From positions 4,905 through 68,904 of the forward strand of contig CACYBK010000099.1 of NCBI GenBank assembly GCA_902772635.1: a DNA stretch of 64,000 nucleotides, in the 5' to 3' direction. Made by a program: the position numbers and the translations under genes. This DNA comes from an uncultured Lachnospiraceae bacterium. GTDB lineage: Bacteria; Bacillota; Clostridia; Lachnospirales; Lachnospiraceae. Each line of letters opens with the position of its first letter. Position 1 is the first letter of the stretch. Below, piece after piece: positions 6,758-14,257 of this stretch. A model generated the notes under the pieces. That model was not told where the DNA came from, did no database searches, and saw nothing but the letters and a program-made list of their open reading frames with translations.

Positions 6758-8242
6758 ATGCGAAATATTCCAAAGGTAAAGGTTGGCATAGTCGCCGTGA
6801 GCCGGGATTGCTTCCCGGAGACTCTGTCAGTGAACAGAAGAAAGGCTCTGGTCGCAGCCTATAAGGAAAGGTTTGATGAAGAAGACATTTATGAGTGCCC
6901 CATATGTATTGTGGAAAGCGAGATCCATATGGTGCAGGCCCTTTCGGATATTAAGAAGGCTGGCTGCAATGCCTTGTGCGTATATCTTGGAAATTTCGGG
7001 CCGGAAATATCGGAGACCCTTCTTGCAAAACATTTTGAAGGGCCGAAGATGTTTATAGCGGCTGCTGAGGAATCACAAAATGACCTTGTTCAGGGCAGAG
7101 GCGACGCATTTTGCGGGATGCTGAATGCAAGCTACAATCTCGCTCTTCGCTCGGTAAAAGCCTATATTCCGGAATACCCCGTTGGAGACGCGCAGGAATG
7201 CGCCGAAATGATCCATGATTTTCTTCCGATAGCAAGAGCAGTAATAGGCCTTTCCAATCTGAAAATAATATCCTTTGGCCCGAGACCTCTTAACTTCCTC
7301 GCCTGCAATGCGCCCATACAGCAGCTTTACAACCTGGGAGTGGAGATCGAGGAGAATTCCGAGCTTGATCTTTTCTCGGCATATAAAAAGCATGAAAACG
7401 ACAAAAGGATCCCGGACGTTGTAAAGGATATGGAAAATGAGCTTCTGAGCGGAAACAAAAAGCCCGAAATCCTTGCAAAGCTTGCGCAGTATGAGCTCAC
7501 ACTTCTGGACTGGATAGAGGAGCACAAGGGCTACAGAGAGTATGTTGCCATAGCAGGAAAATGCTGGCCCGCTTTTCAGACCGAGTTTCGCTTTGTCCCC
7601 TGCTATGTAAACAGCCGGCTTACCGGAAGGGGGATACCCGTTTCCTGCGAGGTGGATATATACGGATGTCTTTCAGAATACATCGGAACCTGTGTAAGCG
7701 AAGACATCGTCACCCTTCTTGATATCAACAATTCAGTTCCCAAGGATATGTACAAAGAGTCTATAGAAGGAAAATTTGATTACAAACTCACGGATACCTT
7801 TATGGGCTTCCATTGCGGAAATACATGTTCAAAGAAGCTTTCAGCCTGTGAAATGAAAAACCAGATGATAATGGCGCGTTCGCTTCCCGAGGAGGTTACA
7901 AACGGTACGCTTGAAGGGGACATTGCCCCCGGGGATATTACCTTCTATCGGCTTCAATCCACTGCAGACAACAGGCTTTGCGCGTATCTCGCGCAGGGGG
8001 AGGTGCTCCCCGTGGCCACCAGATCCTTCGGCGGCATAGGAGTGTTTGCGATCAGGGAGATGGGCAGGTTCTATCGTCATGTGCTGATAGAAAAAAATTT
8101 CCCCCATCACGGAGCAGTCACCTTCGGCCATCACGGAAAGGCGCTCTTTGAGGTATTTAAGTACCTTAATGTACCGGTAGAGGATATCAATTACAATCAG
8201 CCCGCTTCTCTTCCATATCCCACAGAGAATCCCTTTGTCTGA
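6758..8242 (+). CDS. L-fucose/L-arabinose isomerase family protein (494 aa), substrate unknown
   Basis: Length and pattern (KVGIVAVSRDCFP..., ...FMGFHCGN..., ...FPHHGAVTFGH) resemble the FucI/AraA-like sugar isomerase superfamily. The start is 12 nt after the xylB stop, with SD GAGGAGG. Confidence 0.6.
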   Translation: MRNIPKVKVGIVAVSRDCFPETLSVNRRKALVAAYKERFDEEDIYECPICIVESEIHMVQALSDIKKAGCNALCVYLGNFGPEISETLLAKHFEGPKMFIAAAEESQNDLVQGRGDAFCGMLNASYNLALRSVKAYIPEYPVGDAQECAEMIHDFLPIARAVIGLSNLKIISFGPRPLNFLACNAPIQQLYNLGVEIEENSELDLFSAYKKHENDKRIPDVVKDMENELLSGNKKPEILAKLAQYELTLLDWIEEHKGYREYVAIAGKCWPAFQTEFRFVPCYVNSRLTGRGIPVSCEVDIYGCLSEYIGTCVSEDIVTLLDINNSVPKDMYKESIEGKFDYKLTDTFMGFHCGNTCSKKLSACEMKNQMIMARSLPEEVTNGTLEGDIAPGDITFYRLQSTADNRLCAYLAQGEVLPVATRSFGGIGVFAIREMGRFYRHVLIEKNFPHHGAVTFGHHGKALFEVFKYLNVPVEDINYNQPASLPYPTENPFV

Positions 8243-8309
8243 GTATTTGATCCAAAGCTGACAGGGCTGTTTTTGAAGAGCCTTGGCGAGGAGGCATCGT
8301 CGTAATAGG

Positions 8310-8340
8310 AAAAATGACCCCTTGACTCCCCGGGGGTCAT
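8310..8340. repeat. Palindromic element sharing a 20-nt core with 402-421
   Basis: AAAAATGACCCCTTGACTCC (8310-8329) matches AAAAATGGTCCCTTGACTCC (402-421) at 18 of 20 positions. ATGACCCC (8314-8321) pairs with GGGGTCAT (8333-8340). Confidence 0.7.
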
Positions 8341-8363
8341 AATAAAGAAATATGAGGTAGATC

Positions 8364-9320
8364 ATGGATATTAATATTCTTTTGGCCCTGCAGGATTTCA
8401 GGAATGGGGCAGGATCGTGCTTGACGGATTTCATGACAAAGATGAGCTTTATCGGGGAAATGAAAACGGTGCTCATCATCATGGCGCTCATCTATTGGTG
8501 TGTAAGCAAGGAATACGGCAATTATCTTCTGATGGGCTGGAGCGGCAGCAGGGTAGTCAATGGTTTGCTGAAAGTGACGGCCTGTGCCTACCGTCCGTGG
8601 ATCAGGGATGTGCGGATCGTGCCGGATTCCGCTGCCCTTGCAGCCGCGACAGGTTATTCTTTTCCGAGCGGACACAGCATGAATGCTGCAGCGCTTTATG
8701 GCGGCATTGCAATCCGAAAGGAGCTGCCAAAAGTCCTTAGGTTTGTGGCACTTGCGATTGTCGTGCTTATTGCCTTCAGCCGTAATTTTCTGGGAGTGCA
8801 TACGCCTCAGGATACTTTGGTAGGAGTAATAGCCGGCCTGCTTGTGATGTGGCTGACATTCAAACTGACCGTATGGCTTAAAGAGCATCAGGAGAAGGAT
8901 GTGATCGTGGCCTGCCTTGGCATTGCGGCCGCTGTTGCGGTAGCGGTATTCGCAGCGCTCAAATCCTATCCAATGGATTATGATGCAACAGGGAAACTGT
9001 TGGTAGACGGGGCAAAGATGGCCAATGATACCTACAAAGGCGTCGGCTGGTGCGTGGGTTTTCTGCTGGGCTGGCTTTTGGAAAGGAGATTTGTTGGCTT
9101 TTCAACCGAAGTTTCTTTGATGACGAGGATCGTCAGACTCGCGACAGGACTTCTCAGCTTTTATGCCGTAAGCCTGATCCTTGCGCCGCTCTTCAAAAGC
9201 CTGATCCCCGGTGTGGCAGGGACGATAATAGCATGCTTTATCGAGATGTTTTATGTCGTACTTATATTTCCGCTTCTCATAAAGTGTTTTGAAGCACGTA
9301 GACATGGCGTTCACAAATAA
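8364..9320 (+). CDS. PAP2-family membrane phosphatase
   Basis: All three PAP2 motifs are present: KVTACAYRP, PSGHS, SRNFLGVHTPQD. Multiple TM helices. Confidence 0.85.
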   Translation: MDINILLALQDFRNGAGSCLTDFMTKMSFIGEMKTVLIIMALIYWCVSKEYGNYLLMGWSGSRVVNGLLKVTACAYRPWIRDVRIVPDSAALAAATGYSFPSGHSMNAAALYGGIAIRKELPKVLRFVALAIVVLIAFSRNFLGVHTPQDTLVGVIAGLLVMWLTFKLTVWLKEHQEKDVIVACLGIAAAVAVAVFAALKSYPMDYDATGKLLVDGAKMANDTYKGVGWCVGFLLGWLLERRFVGFSTEVSLMTRIVRLATGLLSFYAVSLILAPLFKSLIPGVAGTIIACFIEMFYVVLIFPLLIKCFEARRHGVHK

Positions 9321-9337
9321 AGGAGTACAAAAAAGCA

Positions 9338-11233
9338 ATGGAACAGGATCAATATCTGACATTATTTCAAGACTATACGAAGAGGATGAGGGAGATCCGT
9401 TTATTATCCACTCCGGACCTCTATGATATAAAAGATGCAGATGATTTTGAGAGGATACTTATAGAGAATTTTCAAAAGATCGGGGAACTGGCCGTAGAAA
9501 ACCGGAAGGTGATCAATGATGTGTTAAAGCCTATGATCTCTGCGGATACGGAACTTACGGATGAGATGCGTAAGATGCTTTTACAGTTTGACAAGCTTCT
9601 TGTGGACGAGGATTCCATGGAGGAGGTGGATGTCCATCTTTCCGAGATCATCAACAGGATACTGACCGAGCATGAGCTCATGGTTGACGAGGATGATGAT
9701 GAAAATGAAAAAGTTCTGGCTATGGCAAAGAAGGTGAAAAGGGATTATTTTCTGATCTCTGCCTTGACAAGATATGACAGCGATGAACTGGAGGAGACCA
9801 GAAGGCAGGCAATTGAAAACAGAAACGCGCTCTCAGCGTATCTTAAGAAGGATGCCTTTTCGCTCTTAAACGATGAAGCCAAGGGCGCGGCTCTCCAGTT
9901 TTCCCTCATGGGGGCACTTCTGTACGAGAGCAATTATTATGCGATGCCCGATTCCTGGTGGGATGAGTGTCTTTTGATCCTTGATCAGGCGAGCGGGATC
10001 TTTAATGATCCGTTTTTCCGGGAGCAGCTTCCGGACTATGATTGGGAAACATACAGATTCCGGATCTACTATTACGGCAGTTTTTTGGCATATTCCTTTA
10101 TCCCGCGGTATGTGGCAAAAAAAGTATATGTTTATGCTGATAAAGCAGTAGAGTTTCTTTTGCACAACGACAATGAGGATATCAGTGCGGCCGTAAATGT
10201 GCAGCAGGAAAAAGATCTTCGTTACATGGCTTCGGTCATTGCGGGTTATACTCCGGCAAGAGAAGCCTGTGATCTTTTTTACAGTGCCTATGAAGCAAGA
10301 GACAAAGAGGATTATTCATTGACAGGTATCAACGAGAATCTGGATACCCCGTCGCTGTATCTGAATACTGCGAAGATGACAAATCTTGATCTTACTGAGA
10401 AGGACTTTGACAGATATATTCAGATAGAAAGAGATGTCCTTGACTATATTTATAATATTCCAAAGCAGAGCAGCGTTTATATGAAATGCATAACCTTGCT
10501 TACGAACTTTCCCCAATGCTTTCAGGAAACTCCCGGCGCTCTGACGATGGAAGAATTCTGTATCAAGGCCTTTGCTGCAGTACATCCGCCGACATATGTC
10601 CATGTCAATATGGTGGCGAGGTTCGCTGAATGTATGGCAAGACATCTCATTGAGATCGATCCAAAGCTCTTTATAGGCTTTCCCGGTTGCGAAACTGTAG
10701 ATCAGGTCATTTCAAAAAAGGAGGAGATCCTTTATTACACATACCATTCCGCCCTTTGCCATGACCTTGGAAAATTGTTCATTGTGGATGTCGTCTCCAT
10801 GTACGGGAGAAATCTTCTGGATGATGAATTTTCAATGATAAAGAGCCATCCCATGACAGGCGCGCGTATCGCGGCCATGCATGCCTCCACCCGTGATTAT
10901 GTGGATGTGATCAAAGGTCATCATATGTGGTACGACTGCTCGAGAGGATATCCTGCCGGTTTTGATACAAGAAAGAGTCCTTACAAGACGATCATTGATA
11001 TTGTGCTTGCGGCAGACTGTCTTGATGCGGCAACAGATACGGTAGGGCGAAGTTACAACAGAGGCAAGACATTTGACGATTATGAACAGGAGATCAAAGA
11101 GGGAGCGGGAACACATTATGCGCCGTTTCTGGTAGACCTTTTTGAAAGGAAAGAAGTGCGGGAGGATATTATTTATCTTCTTGGCGGAGGACGAAACCGG
11201 ATGTATAGAGAACTCTATATGCTTCTGAAATAA
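9338..11233 (+). CDS. HD-domain protein with a variant HD-GYP-like C-terminus and a large uncharacterised N-terminal region
   Basis: HDLGKLF...SHPMTGARIA...GHHMWYDCSRGYPAGF can be compared with the canonical HHExxDGxGYP. About 450 N-terminal residues match nothing I recognise. Confidence 0.7.
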   Translation: MEQDQYLTLFQDYTKRMREIRLLSTPDLYDIKDADDFERILIENFQKIGELAVENRKVINDVLKPMISADTELTDEMRKMLLQFDKLLVDEDSMEEVDVHLSEIINRILTEHELMVDEDDDENEKVLAMAKKVKRDYFLISALTRYDSDELEETRRQAIENRNALSAYLKKDAFSLLNDEAKGAALQFSLMGALLYESNYYAMPDSWWDECLLILDQASGIFNDPFFREQLPDYDWETYRFRIYYYGSFLAYSFIPRYVAKKVYVYADKAVEFLLHNDNEDISAAVNVQQEKDLRYMASVIAGYTPAREACDLFYSAYEARDKEDYSLTGINENLDTPSLYLNTAKMTNLDLTEKDFDRYIQIERDVLDYIYNIPKQSSVYMKCITLLTNFPQCFQETPGALTMEEFCIKAFAAVHPPTYVHVNMVARFAECMARHLIEIDPKLFIGFPGCETVDQVISKKEEILYYTYHSALCHDLGKLFIVDVVSMYGRNLLDDEFSMIKSHPMTGARIAAMHASTRDYVDVIKGHHMWYDCSRGYPAGFDTRKSPYKTIIDIVLAADCLDAATDTVGRSYNRGKTFDDYEQEIKEGAGTHYAPFLVDLFERKEVREDIIYLLGGGRNRMYRELYMLLK

Positions 11234-11237
11234 AAAC

Positions 11238-11265
11238 GGGGCTGTCGCAATAATGCGACAGCCCC
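11238..11265 (-). terminator. Rho-independent terminator; best fit is for the minus-strand membrane protein gene
   Basis: GGGGCTGTCGCA ATAA TGCGACAGCCCC gives a 12-bp stem. On the minus strand it is followed by GTTTTTATTT. Confidence 0.65.
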
Positions 11266-11280
11266 TTGTCTACAGTCTGA

Positions 11281-11310
11281 ATGCTCCATACGTTACGCAT
11301 GGAGCATTTT
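11281..11310 (+). terminator. Hairpin plus T tract downstream of the 9338..11233 gene
   Basis: ATGCTCCAT (11281-11289) pairs with ATGGAGCAT (11299-11307), followed by TTT. Confidence 0.45.
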
Positions 11311-11336
11311 CAACCAATTCATTTTATCTGTTTTTG

Positions 11337-11990
11337 TCAGGCCAGCATCTTTTTCGCTTTTGCTAACAGAACAATATAAACAATAAATACGATCACCTCT
11401 AATACAAGCTCTATGATAGAAAATATACTGCCCAATTTCGAAAGGTTTCCGACAACAATAAGTGCTGCAACAACGCAGTAAAGTATGAGGATGATCACCT
11501 TAAGGTTGCGTCCGAGTTTAGCTACCTGTGCATTTTGAAGCTTATCTGCAAGAACGACGATACCGGCTACAGCATATTCGATCACTGCAACAGAAGTGAT
11601 CTTCTGCGCAAGGCTCAGCCATGATGATACAGGAGGCGCAGCAACCTGCGTAGCTGATGCTGCAATACCAGCTATCAGGCTTACAATACAAAGAATGAAG
11701 GCGGTATTGAACTTGTTCTCATCTTTGCGTGCAGTACCTAATCCAACCAGATTAAGAATAATTGCTATAACTCCTATTATTAAACCGATCAGCGCCAAGA
11801 CCGATCCGATTCCGGCACCTACCAGTGCTCCCGATGCCGCCTGCGCTGAAGCCTCTGCAACTTCAACAAGAGCAACTGTGTTTGCTGCAGCAACAATCAC
11901 CCCGACTATCATCAGTAAAGTACTGATCAATGAGATCCACTGCGCGGTAAGAATTTTTGAGATGCCTCTGTAAGCATTAGAAAATTTCAT
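11337..11990 (-). CDS. Hypothetical multi-pass membrane protein (217 aa)
   Basis: About six hydrophobic segments rich in A/G/I/V. SD AAAGGAGAA lies before the ATG. No family recognised. Confidence 0.7.
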   Translation of the reverse strand: MKFSNAYRGISKILTAQWISLISTLLMIVGVIVAAANTVALVEVAEASAQAASGALVGAGIGSVLALIGLIIGVIAIILNLVGLGTARKDENKFNTAFILCIVSLIAGIAASATQVAAPPVSSWLSLAQKITSVAVIEYAVAGIVVLADKLQNAQVAKLGRNLKVIILILYCVVAALIVVGNLSKLGSIFSIIELVLEVIVFIVYIVLLAKAKKMLA

Positions 11991-12104
11991 CTTGTTTCTC
12001 CTTTTAGGTTAGTTTATATCTGATAAAGAACAACGCCCTGCCTGCCCTTTGCCTGTTTCTTCCTGCAGCATAAATCCCATCGTCAGGCAGGAAAACAACT
12101 AAAA

Positions 12105-12132
12105 ATAATAGCACATTCAGGTAAAAAGTCAA
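12105..12132 (-). promoter_or_regulatory. Probable sigma-A promoter (extended -10) for the membrane protein gene
   Basis: Minus strand: TTGACT (rc of 12127-12132), 16 nt spacer, TGC-TATTAT (rc of 12105-12110). This implies a 5' UTR of about 105 nt. Confidence 0.45.
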
Positions 12133-12295
12133 CGAACCGATGCGTGATCATACATCCTGCCGTCTTGACGTAGCCTCATTGTCCCAACATATCATTTTTG
12201 CTGCACAATACATTAGCAAGATTTGCCGAGTTACGGACTCAGAGTACATACTCATATAGTTTAATATCCGCCCCTGTCTCCTGCAAGCTATTTTG

Positions 12296-12324
12296 TTGAC
12301 CGCCGGATTGGACGGAAGTATAAT
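12296..12324 (+). promoter_or_regulatory. Near-consensus sigma-A promoter
   Basis: TTGACC (12296-12301), exactly 17 nt spacer, TATAAT (12319-12324). It faces the AbrB-like mini-ORF and the 12539 gene. Confidence 0.55.
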
Positions 12325-12369
12325 AACGGCGCAGTTTAAAAGAAGCAGTGAAACTACAGATTTGCGCTT

Positions 12370-12510
12370 TTGGCGGGATCTCATGTTATCCGGCCATTAG
12401 GTCAGTTAACGATTCCCAAAAACATTAGAGCAGTTTTGGGAATCAACACAGATGACGGAGTTAAATTTGTTGTTGATGAAACCGAAATGAAGATAGTTAA
12501 TTCAGTCTAA
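12370..12510 (+). CDS. Possible 46-aa AbrB/MazE/SpoVT-type small DNA-binding protein (TTG start), or a decayed remnant
   Basis: My translation is (M)AGSHVIRPLGQLTIPKNIRAVLGINTDDGVKFVVDETEMKIVNSV. The GQxTIPKxIRxxLGI looped-hinge motif is typical of SpoVT-AbrB domains. The only in-frame start is TTG 12370 and it has no clear SD. The ORF is below the track size cut-off. Confidence 0.35.
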   Translation: MAGSHVIRPLGQLTIPKNIRAVLGINTDDGVKFVVDETEMKIVNSV

Positions 12511-12538
12511 AGCGACAGGACATTAGCAAGGAGAGAGA

Positions 12539-13531
12539 ATGATTATGGAATTAATGGACAGTTGCAGCCTTCAGGTAGAGAATGAACAAATCGTCCGAAA
12601 TGTCGGTAAACTTCAGATGGAAGAACTGGCAAAGATGGGAGCCTTATTTTATACCGCAAGAAATCGGCACGCGGATGGCGATAAAATAAAGGAATGCAAG
12701 GAGATACTCAAAAGAAAAGCAGGAATCTTTTCCAATTTCAGGGGCAATCTGGAGTTCGCGATTCGTGTAAGGATGTCTTTGGAAACCAATCCGGAAGTGT
12801 ATATCGATCATGTTATGTCCATATACCGGAAGCTGGTAGAAGGCCGGAAACTCCCGGGAGAAATTCTGGCAATGACTGCAATGACGATCTATGAGCAGAG
12901 TAACGGACAGAATATTGATCAGATCATAACGGACACCAGAGAAGCCTATGCAGAAATAAAGCAGAAGCATAAATTTCTGTCGGATGAAAGTGACATGTCC
13001 TTTATTGCGCTCATGGTCATGTGCGGAAAGGATGTCCAAAAAACGCTGGATGAGGTTGAGGAATTATATCTGGCATTAAAAGACCGCTACAGGATGTCGT
13101 CAGACACAGCCCAGGCTGCAGCGCTTGTGCTTTCCATGAGTGAAAAACCAGTATCGGAGAAGGTAGATGATTTTGTAACCTTTTATCAGAAACTGAAAGA
13201 AGCAAAACACCATACATCAAAGGGGAAAGCGATGTCAATCTATGGTGCGTTTGCTGATCTTGATATCCCGAGGGAGACTCTTCTTAAGGAGATCGGAGAA
13301 GTTGATGACTGGCTGAAACAGCAGAAAGGGTACGGCATACTATATAATTCGGATATCAGGAGAACCATGGCAGCCACTCTGGTTCTGCAGTATCATGAAG
13401 CGGAAAAATTGACATCTTATACGACGCAAGCAGCGTCTGTCGTTTCACAGGTCATTGCAGAGGAGGTGATCCTTACAATTATCATGATCATTGTGGTAAC
13501 CATGCTGGTGAATAGCACTTTGTATTTTTAA
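12539..13531 (+). CDS. Hypothetical 330-aa protein with a C-terminal TM anchor (possibly DUF4003-like; from memory, unverified)
   Basis: SD AAGGAGAG lies upstream. The protein is helical and soluble-looking, ending in VILTIIMIIVVTMLVNSTLYF. Confidence 0.7.
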   Translation: MIMELMDSCSLQVENEQIVRNVGKLQMEELAKMGALFYTARNRHADGDKIKECKEILKRKAGIFSNFRGNLEFAIRVRMSLETNPEVYIDHVMSIYRKLVEGRKLPGEILAMTAMTIYEQSNGQNIDQIITDTREAYAEIKQKHKFLSDESDMSFIALMVMCGKDVQKTLDEVEELYLALKDRYRMSSDTAQAAALVLSMSEKPVSEKVDDFVTFYQKLKEAKHHTSKGKAMSIYGAFADLDIPRETLLKEIGEVDDWLKQQKGYGILYNSDIRRTMAATLVLQYHEAEKLTSYTTQAASVVSQVIAEEVILTIIMIIVVTMLVNSTLYF

Positions 13532-13731
13532 GAGAAGGGAAATACAAGCTTGATGATGAGTACCTCACAAACGGACAGCTTTTTGAGTTTATGGAAAACA
13601 ATCAATGGCATATCGGGAAGCTGCAAAACAAACCGGGCTCTATTGAATATATAATATTGGATGCCATAAAGAATACACCTCACAATATTGAACCGAAAGG
13701 ACTTACTGTAAGGCTGAGGTGATCTGGGGGA

Positions 13732-14157
13732 TCAGTCATCCTTCGGTGACCAGGACTGCTGCAGTTCATCGATCTGAAGAAAACCGTCTGCCTTTGCCGC
13801 GATCTGAAACTGATCCTCATAAACGATCTCACCCGGGGTATTTGTATATACAACAAAGTATGGATGCTCATATCGGTCCAGAAGCCAGAGGGCGGGACGG
13901 ATCATCTTTATCATCTCATCAGAGTTCTCTGTTTTGAACCAGCAGACCACGGGTTCCTGAGCCTTGCACTGAGGCGGCCAGGGAAGGTTTTCGGCAAACC
14001 AGCTGTCGATCTCTCTGAAAAGATCCGCATCTTCTTCGATCATGACATCGTTTTGTATCAGCTGCCAGCACATGCTGAATACCCCTTTTGCATGCATTGT
14101 ATTCCTCGCCAGTTCTTTACCCTGTATCCTGACATATTTGTAATTAAAGATTTCCAT
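13732..14157 (-). CDS. Hypothetical protein (141 aa)
   Basis: SD GGAGGTG lies before ATG 14157. Small acidic protein (…LFREIDSWFAENLPWPP…). No family recognised. Confidence 0.6.
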   Translation of the reverse strand: MEIFNYKYVRIQGKELARNTMHAKGVFSMCWQLIQNDVMIEEDADLFREIDSWFAENLPWPPQCKAQEPVVCWFKTENSDEMIKMIRPALWLLDRYEHPYFVVYTNTPGEIVYEDQFQIAAKADGFLQIDELQQSWSPKDD

Positions 14158-14189
14158 ATACCGGCACCTCCGTGTTTATAATTATAACA

Positions 14190-14232
14190 TGAGGAGGAAC
14201 CATTATGCGAAGCATAATCTTTACATGGTTCC
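14190..14232 (+). repeat. Copy B of the SD+ATG repeat module, embedded in a hairpin
   Basis: TGAGGAGGAACCATTATGCGAA (14190-14211) is identical to 6743-6764. AGGAACCATTATGCGAAGCA (14195-14214) is identical to 15851-15870. The hairpin is GGAACCATTATGC-GAA-GCATAAT..ATGGTTCC (14196-14232). Confidence 0.8.
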
Positions 14233-14257
14233 GACGACAGGCCGCCGAAAAGCAAAC

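Noticed and set aside
8337-8888. Large antisense ORFs in the track: 889..1359, 7073..7525, 7841..8491, 8337..8888, 16815..17309, 18524..19138, 31472..32014, 40352..41131, 43762..44607, 50427..51065, 51483..52638, 60190..61266 and others
   Set aside because: All lie opposite or out of frame to genes with unmistakable homology. They have biased Ser/Arg/Leu-rich or low-complexity translations and lack SDs, so they are shadow ORFs.
12148-12384. 78-aa minus-strand ORF in the 12.0-12.5 kb gap
   Set aside because: It has no SD and a non-protein-like sequence. It overlaps the strong + strand promoter and lies upstream of the minus-strand promoter, so it would not be transcribed with the membrane protein gene.
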